Positions 32,593-55,620 of a DNA stretch of 64,000 nucleotides are shown in pieces. The notes below the pieces were generated by a model. The model had not been told where the DNA came from. It worked only from the letters and a program-made list of their open reading frames with translations, and did no database searches. The first letter of the stretch is position 1. Each line of letters starts with the position of its first letter. The position numbers and the translations under genes are program-made. This DNA comes from the human T2T-CHM13v2.0 reference genome, Homo sapiens. The stretch lies in assembly GCF_009914755.1 (NCBI RefSeq), contig NC_060934.1; one strand, 5' to 3'.

Positions 32593-35308
32593 ATTTCTTT
32601 TTTCAATTGCAAGAGATGAATTTGGCATGGAGTTCTTAACCTAACAAGTCAGGAGGTTTCCTTCCCTTGGACTTTCTAGACCTATATGTGTTGGTCTCTG
32701 GCCAGCTCTGAGGGAAAGAATGTAGGTTTTATTTGCTGGGGCTGAGTTGTATAGTGTGATTATTGGAGGATCACTGCAAACAGCTTGATAGGAGAAACTA
32801 CAATAGTACCTTCAACCCTCAATAAACACATCGCCTGCCTTGTTCTGATCATAACTCTTAAGAGGAAACTGAACTGGAGCTCTTCGGAGAGGATACTCCT
32901 AAGGCCAATGACAGCATCAAAATCGAGTGCCTGAAAGATCTATGAAAAGACCTAATGCTCTGCAAAAGCAAGGTTGTATTGTTATTATTAGTCATAGGTA
33001 TGGACCCTATCCTCATTCTTGTGAGAAGATTGTACCTCTTTTTATTTGGCATACTGGCATATTGCTTTGCTGAAGCTTTTGGGTGACAGCCAAGAGCTTT
33101 TCCACAGTTCAATTTAATTTGCATGTTTCATAGCCTCTAGTTATGTGTTTTGTTCTCTTAAAAACATAAGGCCACCCCAAATTTTGATTGCATTCCCCTT
33201 TCCGTCGAACTACTTAAAGGCTTCCCAAGTTGTCCTTAAGTCCATATTTTGATAAGACATCTTCTGACTTTGCACAGTTTTTAAGACTGTTTGGGTGTGA
33301 TATTCATTTAGCATTTTAAAAAATTTGTGCCTTGTATATTTTCCACTATGCAAATTTGTCAGGCTGTGAGTGTCTCCCTTGTGGGGATACTTCACGAAGG
33401 TGTTCTCTGTGCTATTCTAGGGTGGGTAAAAATGAAGTGCTGAATTTGTAACTGAAAGCACAATTAAAACGAAGTGTTATTTCTAAAGGGCAGGAATGTT
33501 ATGGGAATGGTGACTTGTACATGAATTTAGAATTGTAAGATTTTGAAAAAAATTGAACCTGATTATTTAAAGTGTATAAACATTTTATTTTTCTACAATT
33601 CTTCTGAAGCCATCATGTATACAGCTGTTTCCATAGGATAGTCTGTGATTCTTTACAAGAAATTCCATTTAAAAGATATTGAGGCCCTGAAAAGAGAGAG
33701 ACTTGGCCAAGGTTACGTTAGCTAATACGTAAGTTTTAGGACTCCCACTCATCTGAGATATTCTCACCTCTTATTGTGTTCTTTTCATTGTAAAGTGCAA
33801 ATGCTCCTTTACATCTCTCTCCTCCCTTATAAAATTTACTATTGTCCATTATGAAAGTATTGCTATTTCAAAACCCCATGAATGGGAATTCTCCTGTAAG
33901 TAGGTGTTGATTTGAGTACATATATTAGGTGAATATGGGAGCAAACAACTTACCAGAAAGAATAGATGTTCTGGTAAAGGTCCCTGAGAGACACTAAGGT
34001 TGAATCTTGCTTGGGAGACATCCTGTGTATGTGCAGCAGATGGCAGTCTGCATTGGAATGGATCACAAGTCCAGTTTGTGCCACTTTTGTTCCGCTGTAT
34101 GGTATGGTAAATTACAACCAGGGGGGCATAACCAGTTACAGCACTGCCTAATTTTTTAAGTGAGAAATTCATCTTTTCCAAGTTTCGAGAATGAGTCCAA
34201 AGCAATACAGTAGCTCAGCTAGTTGGTAAGTGCAATTATGAAGTTATAAACTTAGTTTGTCTCTTCCCCCTTCTCCATTAGTATGTCATTCAACTGAGTA
34301 AATAAGAGTAAAGGTACAGGGGCTTATTCAATATTTTTAGCACCATCTAGTGTAATTTTTTTCCTTCTCTCCGGCTTGTGACTGTAACCAAAACTGATGT
34401 AAAATGTTTGTTGCCTGCTTTTCTGTATGGTTAGTGAAGGTGGCTGCTATTTTTAAGTATGATTCTTCGAAGAGGAACTGCCTTTCATTGTGAGCTGTGT
34501 AATTCCATTGCTAAAACAAACTATTTCGTCTCTGATTATGACAGCCCCACTGTTGGCATTTTCTAGCAGTTAACGGCTATGCTGAATTACTACATCTTTT
34601 ACTTAAGTCTGTCATTGTCCTGTTACAGTTTGTGGCTGACTTGCTCTACTTTACACATCACAGTTCTTTTGGCAATGACATTGTTTCAGCTTAACCTGAA
34701 AGTTTTAACAGGTTACACTGCCTGACACAGAGGCAGGTCCTAACTCTTTAATTGAGTTCCTCATAGTCTGGCCCAATCTTATTATGCCAGATTCATCCCA
34801 GCACAAATACTCTGTTGTACTTAAGCTAGTCTCTGCACTGTCCCATACATTCATACTAAACCTTTATGGATTTTTTGTAGCTGAATTTCAGCCTTTATCA
34901 CCCCTAATCACTCCTCTAGCCTTTAAGGTTCATTTCAGGTTACAGACTGTGATGTACAATTCCTTTTGAATCTAACATTCGCACTTTACACATGAGGAAA
35001 CCTAATAAACTGAGGAAAGTCACTTGTTAAGTTATGTTTGTGGTTATGAACAGACCAAGGATTAAAATTCCTTTACTTTTTTTTTTTTTTTTGATACAAG
35101 GTCTTGCTTTGTCACCCAGGCTGGAGTTCATTGACACTGTCACAGCTCACTGCAATCTTGAACTCCTGGGCTCAAGCTCTCCTCCCACCTCGGCCTCCCC
35201 AAGTAATGTGCACCACCATGCCCAGCTAATTAAAAAAATTTTTTTGGCTGGGTGCGGTGGCTCACACCTGTAATCCCAGCAACTAGGGAGGCTGAGGCGG
35301 GCAGATCA

Positions 35309-35632
<324 letters not shown>

Positions 35633-35660
35633 CTAGTATTATATACGTAAGCCACTACGT

Positions 35661-35770
35661 CTGGCCAAAAATTCCTTTAAATGGAGATGGATTCAAGAAT
35701 TCCTAGTGTGAAGATCTGGCCTAAAATTCCTTTAAATGGAGACAGATTCAATAATTCCTAGCGTGAAGAT
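35661..35770. repeat. Two-copy 55-bp tandem duplication
   Basis: 35661-35715 versus 35716-35770, 5 mismatches. Confidence 0.95.
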
Positions 35771-35831
35771 GATACTTTCAGGGATAATTTCTATAATTCG
35801 TTACTAGAAAAGTTTCTCTAAATGTGTAGAG
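35766..35831 (+). pseudogene. 3'-truncated U3 snoRNA retrocopy (about the first 66 nt)
   Basis: AAGATGATACTTTCAGGGATAATTTCTATAATTCGTTACTAGAAAAGTTTCTCTAAATGTGTAGAG aligns without gaps to the U3 5' end AAGACTATACTTTCAGGGATCATTTCTATAGTGTGTTACTAGAGAAGTTTCTCTGAACGTGTAGAG. It is followed by an A-run and has degenerate flanking direct repeats. Confidence 0.9.
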
Positions 35832-36463
35832 AAAAAAACATTTCCTAGTTTGAATCTTGATTTGTGTAATTCCTGGCTCTTAACCCTTTTCTATTGTTGT
35901 CTTCTGTCCTCTCTGAATTCTGATGGGATTTATTATCTTTAGGACACAAATTGACACCGACATGATTTCTAAATGTTTTATTTGTGGGCATCTAATCTTA
36001 ACTGGGGAGATAAAGCAATGATGTGTATCTTATTACCTTTGTGGCTCATAGACTCTAGCACAATGCTGGGTACATAGGTGACACTCAGACAAGCATTAGT
36101 TAGCTATGCACCCCTTTTTCTGCTTGCTAGGGAAAAGATATGCCCTTTATCTCCTCTCCCTATCCCCCTACCCCCAGTTTGGCTTGCTTAATAGCCTTCC
36201 TTAGGTAGCCACATTTGGAGAATTCCTTTAAGCTTAGTATTGCCAGTGCTGTCTTTGGTTGTATATTACACTTCTTTATGGTGGATTGATGGAAAGAGTT
36301 GGTACCATTGGATTAGCTCAGCAGTGGTCATTAGCTTTCTGACAATAGCCAGCAAAAGTATAATAATTACCCAGATTATTACAAGTATATGTTTGAATCA
36401 GATTCCACATTTGTTGGTTTATTCTATATTAAGATTTTGAGAGTTCTGGATAAATATGTTTAA

Positions 36464-37034
<571 letters not shown>

Positions 37035-37842
37035 TGATCCACCCACCTCGGCCTCCCAAAGTGCTGGGATTACAGGTGTGAGCCACTGTGCCTGGCTGAC
37101 TTCTTTTATTTTTAAGGAAGCAACCATTCTTTTTATTTTTTATTGTTTTGAGAGACAGTCTTGTTCTCTTAACCAGGCTACAGTGCAGTGGTGTGGTCAT
37201 AGCTTGCTGGAACCCTCAACTCCTGGGCTTAAGCAGTCCTCCCACTTCAGCCTCTTGAGTAGCTGGGTATATAGGCATGTGATGTGTCACCATGCCTAGC
37301 TCATAAAAAGAATTTTTTTTTTTTTTTGGAGAAACAGTCTTGCTATGTTGCCCAAGCTGGTTTCTTAACTCCTGGCTTCAATAGATCCTCTCACTTTAGC
37401 CTCCCAGAGTGTTGGGATTACAGGCATGAGCTACCACATCCAGCACAAAATCATGCTTATTTTAAAACTCATAAAATATCTGAATAAATGAACTTGGATA
37501 TCTTAAAATTCTGATTATTTGAACTTTTCTAAGTCCCAAGTGGCTTTTCTTTATGCTTCATGTAATTCTTTTCTTTAACATGAAATCTAAATAGAAAATA
37601 CAGCATCAAGAGTGGTTTAAGTCAAAGGCAATACATTGGTAGGAAATCATTCAGATGATGTTATCAATGAAATGCTCTTTTATTTCAACTTCAAACATGA
37701 GGTAGCCCTAAAACAAAAAATGATTTGCTATCAACTGCTAGGATGTTTTTATTTCTTCTTATGTTTTAGCTTTGCATCCCTATAGATTTTCTTAAAAATT
37801 ACTGTTTGTTTTCCTGTGATTAAGGTCAAGATTACCTTTTAA

Positions 37843-38185
<343 letters not shown>

Positions 38186-38652
38186 TGAGACGAGGTCTTA
38201 CTCTGTTGCCCAGGCTGAAGTATAGTAGTCTGATCATGGCTCACCGCAGCCTTGAACTCCTGGGCTTAAGTGATCCTCCGACCTCAGCCTTTTGAATAGC
38301 TAGGACTACAGGCACAATCCACCACACTGGGCTAATTTTTAAATTTTTTGTAGAGATGAAGTCTCACTATGTTGCCCATGTTGGTCTTGAACTCCTCGGC
38401 TCAAGCAGTCCTCCTGCCTTGGCCTCCCAAAGTACTGGGATTATAGGGTGAGCCACCGTGCCCGGACTCTTTATTCTTTGATTAATGCCATACCATGGCT
38501 CATGGATATATTAGAATTACTAGGATAACATGTTAGGAAAACTAAGATGTTACTGTGGAAGTTGTGCACTTTAAAGAATCTTAAACGTTTGCCAGCCGTA
38601 GTGGCTCATGCCTGTAATCCCAGCACTTTGGGAGGCCGAGGCGGGCGGATCA

Positions 38653-38901
<249 letters not shown>

Positions 38902-39387
38902 TTAGAGTTCAGTAAGACCTTATATTGAGGAAACAAGAGTATGAGTGGTGAAATGGCTTTTTTTTTTTTTTTTATTGAGATGGAGTCACGCTGTCGTCCA
39001 TGCTGGAGTGCAGTGGCGCTATCTCTGCTCTCTGCAGTCTCTGTCTCCTGGGTTCAAGTGATTCTGCTGCCCCAGCCTCCTGAGTGGCTGGGACTACAGG
39101 TGTGCGCCACCGCCCCCTGCCGATTTTTGTATTTTTAGTAGAGATGGGGTTTTGCCATGTTGGTTAGGCTGGTCTCGAACTACTGACCTCAGATGATCTG
39201 CGTGTCTTGGCCTCCCAAAGTACTGGGGTTACAGGTGTGAGCCACTGCGCCCGGCCGAAATGGTTTTTTTCTTAGTAGCTCAGCATCTTAATACAGAACT
39301 GGAAATGGGTCACGCATCTTCTCATTTTCCTATTCAATTCTTTTCCTACTAAATTACACAATTCTTTGTTTCATTTAAAACACTTAA

Positions 39388-39735
<348 letters not shown>

Positions 39736-40767
39736 TAAAGTACCTAACGTCAAAGTCAGTCTTGAATAATTACTCTCTAATTTAGATTAAGCTTGATAAT
39801 AACTGTTAAAAAACCTTTCCTCTGTAGGTTGAACGCAAAAGGAAAACAATGCATTTATTTCACTGCACTTTGTTAAATGCTTGCAGTTAGCTTGTGTAAA
39901 AATGAAAGTTGGCTTCAAGCAAATTAATTTTAATAAGTTTAGTGAATTATTGGTCCAAAAACTGTGTACACACTTGAATCTTTTATATTGATAAAAATAT
40001 AACTTCATAAATTTTTTCACCAATTGGGTCTAAAGCATGCTAAAGGTGGAACTTTTTCTAATGCAGTTCTGGAATAATTTGATGATATGACATCGCATTT
40101 TGACATCTCAAAGATATGAGCCTTTTCCAAAGGTTCTTTAATGATGTTAATACTATTTATTAATCCAGAAGAGTGGGTATTAATTTTTATGCTTTGTTCC
40201 TGAAGTTTTCAGTTTTTATGTATTTTTTCTTGCTATTTATTTTCCACTTTATTGTTTAGGGAGTGTTTGTAATAATCATCAGAAAACTACTGAGGAGTCC
40301 ATTAGGTGTTTGAGACTGTGTAGACGACAGTTAGAAATGTACAGTCCTGAAGTGTACTGCCTTGTAGGTATCAATATCATTTAAACTTCTTTTTTGTCTG
40401 CTGAGACACGCCTACTTTGTACCTCTTTTCTATGATAAGTAATGTAAGAGGATGTTTAAGAGCACTGTATTAATATCTGCTTTAAACTTTAGTTCAGAGA
40501 AAGTTAGTATGACTGATAAATTGTCAGATAATAAGAGAGCATATAGGTTAGCTTGAACCACTTGGTTTCTATAGATAGAGGAATAGATATAGAAGAAACC
40601 ATCTAAGACCTGAGGACATTGTTACTTCATTTAATTTTTACTATAACCCTATGAGAGGTATTAACCCAGTTTTATAGATTTAAGTGTCATAAACTGGTTT
40701 AGTGCTAGGGATGCACTGAAAGGCAGGACGCATGTTTTGGATTTAAGCCTGAGTCTGGCTAGAGTGA

Positions 40768-46860
<6,093 letters not shown>

Positions 46861-46970
46861 CTCGCCTTTTGAAATGTTATGGGAGCCAAGGATTGCTGTA
46901 CCATCACAGAATATTTTTATTATTAGTTTTCTGAGATAGTTAAATAAATGAAGAGGTGGTCGTGGTGAGT

Positions 46971-46972
<2 letters not shown>

Positions 46973-47009
<37 letters not shown>
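46973..47009. repeat. (GT)n microsatellite
   Basis: Direct reading of the sequence. Confidence 0.95.
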
Positions 47010-47011
<2 letters not shown>

Positions 47012-49323
47012 TTCCCACCAAAACAAAAGTAATTGAAGAGAATTTGGTGCCAAGTGGTATAATAGGAACTGGATCTGTTCCTCTTTGTTCCGTTAACTTG
47101 CTGTTTGATCTTGGACAAGTGACTTAACCCCTTTGGTCTTAATATTTTTGTCAGTTAAATAAGGATGCTTGATTAGGTGAACCTAAAGGGCTTTTAATTT
47201 TTATTTTATTTATTTTTCTGAGGTGGGGGTCTCACTATGTTGTCCAGACTGGTCTTGAACTCCTGGGCTAAAGTGATCCTCCTGCCTCACCTTCTTCAGT
47301 AGCTGTGACTACAGGCACGTACCACCACGTTCAGTTCAAAAAAAAACTTTTAAAATTATAAAACATGTTGTATTTTTATACAGTACTTTACAAGTAATTA
47401 TGTTATTTCATTAGATGGCTTGTGTAAAATCATAAACTCAGGTATTGTGTATTTGCTTATTCTCACAAGGGCCAAGAGCTTGAAATGAAGAAAAACAGCC
47501 TTCAAGTTCCTCTTTAAGACAGTTTTCATAATTATTTCTGACATCTTCATGAACAATTTACCTTGTATTCCCCTTAAACAGTTCATTATGCCTTTAGTCT
47601 CATCTTTCACCTTTGTTTTCTTTTCTCTAATCCAAATTGCCGAAGGGAGTGGAGGAAGAGGTGAAGATGTGGAAAGCCCAGAGAGTTGGAGAGTTGAGAG
47701 AAGGAAGAAAGCAGTTAAGGTCAGAGTATTGAAGTAAGATGGGACTGTACTAGTAATTTATTAATTCTGAGTTGTACCTTGCCAGCCTGAAGCAGAAAAT
47801 GTTTTATTTTGTAGTAACACTATAGGAATCCTAGGTGTGAAAACCTTAAGTGATTAGTTGCCTGCAGGAGTCAATAGGCATAGTGGCCCTTAAATTCTTC
47901 CAGCTCTGTGAACTGAGCCTAGTATAGTGTCAGTAACATAGACATTCAGTCCATGTTGGGTGAATGAGAGTCAAATAGTCCTGGCAACTATTGTCTAAAT
48001 CCTTCTCCCCTGTGGGTAACACAGCTGTAGATCATCTTGTTCTCTGTGCCCAGATACTACAGTGATGGGAATTATGGGAATGTCAAGAAGGAATGACTTC
48101 TCTTTGATTCATGAAGCAGCTAATACTCTTAAAACAGTTTCGATTGTGCTGAAACAAGCAGGACTAAATAAAATGCTCAGTAAAAATAGTAATGAAAAAG
48201 ATTGTAAAGCTATTATGTTAAAAGTAATTTGAGGCCAGGCTCAGTGGCTCACGTTTGTAATCCCAGCACTTTGGGAGGCTGAGGCAGGAGGATCACTTGA
48301 GCCTAGGCTGCGGTAAGCTTTGATTGTACCACTGTACTCCAGCCTGGGTGACAGAGTGAAATACCCTATCTCTAAAAAAAAAAAATTTAAGAAATTGATA
48401 CAGTGGCATCTACCTGGCATGATTGGTGGGGGTATGGGCCATGCTGGACACTGCAGAAGAGAGAAAGGAACTATTTCAAAGAGGTGCTGCCAACTGTAGA
48501 TTCTTTCTGTATATATATATTTCCAAAGAAGGCAGATTTTTGGAAGTGTTTATTTTGGAACTAGTCTTGTGTATTTCCATTCTGTCCCCACTGTATCCTG
48601 TATTTTGCACTGCCAGAATTCTGATAGCTGCCGTGAAGCAGGGCTGTGGCAAGTGGCCAAGTGTGATAAAAACCTATTTTTCATTTTAAAACAATACAGA
48701 TGTCAGAATACTTTAAAGAAGTATTTAAAGATAGATTGAGTAGAATGGAACAAATAGTAAAAATCTAATGAGAAGATTGAAGGTTTTTCATTTGCTTTTG
48801 ATGGAATTACATTTTTTGGAAACAGAAGAATACCAGGTTATGTCTTTCTTGATCTGTTAGTTTCTCTCTCTTTCTCCCTTTTTCCTGATCTGTGAATGCT
48901 GGTGCTAGACACTGCTGAATAGACAGGAAAAATGGATTTTCTGGTGTTTTTTTTTCTTTTTTGAGGGGACCCCTAGGGTATACTTTGTGTGAGTATCTGA
49001 CTAGATATAGATATAGATGTCAATAGTTTGGTTTTGTTTATTTATTTTCTTGTTTTAACCCCAAAGAAAATGAAATCTTGTTTTCTTTTTATTTTCAGCT
49101 GTGACTTAAACGTTAAAATGCTGCCTAAGCACAGTTGAGATAGTAAAACAGGATTTTAGTGTAACATATTACAGAATTTTGGAATATTCATTTACTTAAT
49201 GGACAGCTGAACTCCAGTCAGTGCTTTCTTTAAGTTTAATGTCTCATCCTGCATTGGTGTTCGATTCAGAATGAATTCAAGTTCTTAGTGTGGCCAACTG
49301 CCACAAAGTTGGGTGAACTTTAA

Positions 49324-49575
<252 letters not shown>

Positions 49576-49902
49576 TGATCTGCCCCCCTCAGCCTCCCAA
49601 AGTGCTGAGATTACAGGTGTGAGCTATAGCGCCTGGTTAATGGCTTTCTTTTTAATGATTCTAGAGCTTTTAACATGAGAAAGTAGAAAATGAAAGGAAA
49701 CTATAATAGATTTCTTGCCTAAAATGGGTGTTCTTTGTAAGATGAAAAGTAGAGACAATCTGAGACCCTGAGTTATGGATCCGAAGGTCACATCACAGCC
49801 AGCATTAGACAGTCATAGCACTAGTGGAAGAAAAGGCAGAAGGTAAACTACTGATGGGAATGCTGTCAAAGGAGCTCACTTGGAAAGGCCATTCCATCAC
49901 CT

Positions 49903-49933
<31 letters not shown>

Positions 49934-50254
49934 GGTGGAGGTGGAGTGGTCCTTTATAAGGAAATTACATTATGTTCAATCAGACATACAAGGACAAAAA
50001 TCTTTTATTTTTAAATTGTGAAGTATGTCATGTCTATAAAAAGTAGAATAATATAATATACAACCTTTAGCTTGAGAAATTGAACATTATGATTATAATT
50101 GCTGCCCCCAAGTACCATTCCTTAGACCTCTCTCCCAAAAGTAACATTCTCTTAAATTTGATGTTTACCATCCCATGAGTGTGTTTATCCTTTATCTACA
50201 CCTATCTTATATAGTTTTGTAAGAATGTTTTAAAACCTTATTTAAAAGGTATTA

Positions 50255-50795
<541 letters not shown>

Positions 50796-51018
50796 CTAGT
50801 CTTGAACTCCTGACCTCAAGTGATCTGCCTGCCTCGGCCTTCCAAAGTGCTGTGATTACAGGCATGAGCCACTACGCCTGGCCTTTTTTTTTTTTTCCCT
50901 CTTAATACTTAAAAAAAAAAAAATTAGGCCAGCACAGTGGCTCATACTTATAATACCAGCACTTTGGGAGGCTGAGGTGGGAGGATTGCTTGAGGCCAGT
51001 AGTTTGAGGTTACACTGA

Positions 51019-51255
<237 letters not shown>

Positions 51256-52661
51256 TAGTAGAGACAGGGTTTCACCGTGTTAGCCAGGATGGTCTCGATC
51301 TCCTGACCTCGTGATCCGCCTGCCTTGGCCCCCCAAAGTGTTGGGATTACAGGCATGAGCCACCGCACCCTGCCCAAGACTGTGTTTCTTAAAAAAAAAA
51401 ACCCAAAAAACAAAAAAAAACTTATTTAGTTGATACATGTGGTTCTGGTTCATTCATTTTTAACTACTTTGGCGTTTCTGTCTCTATTTCATATATTTAA
51501 ACCTCTGTTAACTGACAGACTTTTTGCTGAATATTCTGGGGGACAGGAAAAAGGAATTTATTATGTCATTTTTAAAGTTAGACTAGGAATGCTGTTTTGA
51601 CTTTCAAAACCAGTTTTCCTTTTTTGGTGTGGAATGTCCTCGTTTATCATATTCCTGGGAAAATCCTTTGTACTTCCTGAGAGAAGGCAGAGAAGAAGAA
51701 TGTTTTATTACATAGATGAACATGTCTTGTACAAGATACAGAGCAGCATCTGCCACAAAACAGTGAGCTCGTGGGGGATTGAGCTGCTGCAACAAAAGCC
51801 TGGGTTACTAAAATTCTCAGATATTTCAAGTGCAGACAAGCTGTGGGTGGAAATTTGTTGGCATTAATTCATTGTTTCTTTTCTGTGTGTTTGGAATTAT
51901 CTGCAATTTGGGTACTATCTGCTTTATTTTGTAAAAGGAGATGCGCCTTTTATGGTAAAAAGGCTGTTCTTGAATTGTGTCGTGGTTTTATGGGGCAAGC
52001 AAAAGAAAAGTAAGGTCTAGAAATGAGGGGACATACTTTTTGAGACAGGTAGTTGGTGTGAAATAAATATTTGTTTTAATAATAATTCTGTACATATTAG
52101 TCAATGTATATTCTTACTTTGAAGTCATTGTTTTAAAAAGACAATCTCTGATAAAATTTTATCTTCTCAATTTCATGCTGTTGTCTTTCATTTCCAACAC
52201 TCTTGATAATGGTTTGAACATTTTTGCAGAGTACACAGGGCAGAGCTTCATTCAGGTTGTCCCTCCAAATGATTTGCTGTAGTGCATTAACCAGAAATGC
52301 TGAGGCAGCAAGGGAAACACTAATAAATTGGATGGTTTCCAGGGACTGTCGCTACGGCAAGCAAACACAAGCCAAAATTAAAATGTTAGTTAGGCACCCA
52401 AGATATAAGTCTGGCCAGATATGCTATTAACAGTGAATCTTCCATTCTCATTAAATTATTTGAGATCTGTACAATTTGAAGATTGTTACAAATGGTGACC
52501 AATTTTAAGCATATTTTAATTAGGGGTGGTATAATAGTCTTTTGGCTAAAACTTAATTAGAATGAAAAAATACTTTTGCCTTTTTTATTTGATAGATTCC
52601 AGTGCCTCAGGAATGAACCTCCAGTAATGGGAGAGTTTTTTTTGTTTTGTTTTGTTTTTGA

Positions 52662-52937
<276 letters not shown>

Positions 52938-53287
52938 TAGTAATTTTCACAAATTATTTTACCGTGAAAAGTATAGGTATGGGGAGAGGAGATAGTGGTA
53001 TGTGAAAGGGCCTTTTGTATTTTTCTTGTTTTGGAATGATTTCCAATCATTTTCAAACAGAACCTCTAAACCAAAGAGTTTGTGTGGCTTGGCAAATGAA
53101 CCAGAATTTTTTTTAATTTAGTACTTCAAGGTTTCTAAATTTTGTAAACTTGTTTCTGAAACTAGTGAAAGCCTGAAACTAGTGGATGGCCTAAGACTTT
53201 TTTAATTTAAAAAATGTTTCTTATTTCTTCATTGTTTGTTAGGGTTCTATCAGTTTTTTATATTCCGGACACACAGAGATGGGGTGA

Positions 53288-53560
<273 letters not shown>

Positions 53561-53702
53561 TGATTTGCCCACCGCGGCCTCCCAAAGTGCTGGGATTACA
53601 GGCATGAGCTACCACGCCTGGCCAATTTTTTTCTTGTTTAATCTAAAAATATTTCTAAAAAAATTTGTTTATGAGCTGTTACTTCAGTTCCCCCCGCCCT
53701 GG

Positions 53703-53750
<48 letters not shown>

Positions 53751-53893
53751 ATGGGGTCTTGCTTGTTGCCCAGGCCCAGGCTGGCCTTGAATTCCTGGGC
53801 TCAAGCAATCCTCCTCCCTTGGCATTTTGAATAGTTGGGACTATAGGCCCACACCACCACACCCAGCTAACTCCCAATTTTTATATCTGTTGA

Positions 53894-54202
<309 letters not shown>

Positions 54203-55404
54203 TGAGCCACTGCGCCCTGCCCAAATATTTAATACTTTGTTTCTGGAAAAAGTATTTTAGAGTTTCTTACGGTCAATCTGGATTTATTCTAGGTTACAAC
54301 TAATTTTTTTTAAAAGTGCTCTCTTGTCCTAAGGGTCACTGTGATAACTAGTGGCTAAGAATGACTTAAACAAGGTCTTTTCAGACTTTCTTTCTTCTTT
54401 GGCATTATATGCTGAGGTACCCACATTAGCAGGCTCAAGAGGGCCTTTACCTTTGACATTTACTTTACTTTTTTCTATTCTTTTAGGTCTTTCACTACCA
54501 TTCCTACAGTGATTGGCAAGATACCGTTTCTACCTCACTCTCCATGTACCATGCCAGTGACATCTTAGCTGCTAGAGTGTGGAGCTGGCCTGTGGGAGTC
54601 AAGTAAGTGCCTTTTTTACTATTTGGCATGGTTTTTGCTTACTTTGCAAAGCCATGTAGAGGAGCTTCTTAAGATTAGTTTTTAAAAAGGCACTTGCTTG
54701 ATCCTTGTGGGCTGGCTCTTTGCTCCAGCCTGCTATTGAACACTTGGTAGCTAACATGGGGCTGAGTTTAGTGAGGTGACTGTTGCACAATAGAATATTT
54801 TTACTATGGTACACCCTAAGGGATAATATATCTGATCTTAGCCTGATTAGACCATATTGGTAAACAACCCCAATAAATCAGAACTATGCTACCTCACACA
54901 GTTACTCTGGTCTCCTGGAAATTTAATAGGGTGTGGATGACCAAGGGTCTGTCTGCTGGTGTAAACCAACTGGATTGCATGGAAACAGGGCAGCTCTCCT
55001 AGGAAAGCCAATTACCTTGGCATTTATCTTAATTAATTTGGCTTAATATATGGAAGAAGTAATGGTTGAGGTTAATCAGGTATGGGTTTCTATGTTTATC
55101 ATTAAAGTTGCTAAAACCTGGTATCTTACTTTTGCAGGTCATCTTGTAAATTTTGCCTATATAAATTAACACATCCCCTGTATGTCATAACAACCATGTA
55201 AGGGAGAGTGTTTTCCTGCTCTGTCTTAGGTATTGGTGATGTGACCTGTTCACGCAGGGGAAACTTGAACATTCGCAGGTATGTGAAGATCATGATTCAT
55301 AAGCATTTTCTCCCTGCAAGCAAAACAGTTTATTTTGGTGTGAACTCATGTGGTTTTATGAAATCTATGTTGCCAGTTGATTTTTCTGCCCCCTGTTACT
55401 GTAG

Positions 55405-55620
55405 AACAGGCGTTGACAAACTGTAGCATAAATGGTTGCTTGATTTTGTAAACAAAGTTTTACTACAATACAGACATATCCATTTGTTTACAGATTGTCT
55501 GTGGTTGCCCTGGCACTATAAGGACAGAGTTTAGTTGTTACAACAGAGACTATATGGTCCATAAAGCCTAAACTATTTATTATTTAGCCCTTTAAGAAAA
55601 AGTTTGCCAACTCCTACTAT
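55405..55620. mobile_element. MER58-like hAT-Charlie DNA transposon
   Basis: Termini CAGGCGTTGACAAACT ... AAAGTTTGCCAACTCCT and internal CAACAGAGACTATATGGTCCATAAAGCCTAAACTATTTA. Confidence 0.7.

Noticed and set aside
51604-52430. Short non-repeat ORFs (51634-51867, 52224-52430) as processed pseudogenes or micropeptides
   Set aside because: No recognisable homology, poly(A)/TSD or convincing exon boundaries.
54487-55278. The 116-nt and 49-nt exons together (165 nt) as an in-frame 55-aa insertion in MCU
   Set aside because: The length preserves frame, but the joined reading hits TGA (AAG TAT TGG TGA).
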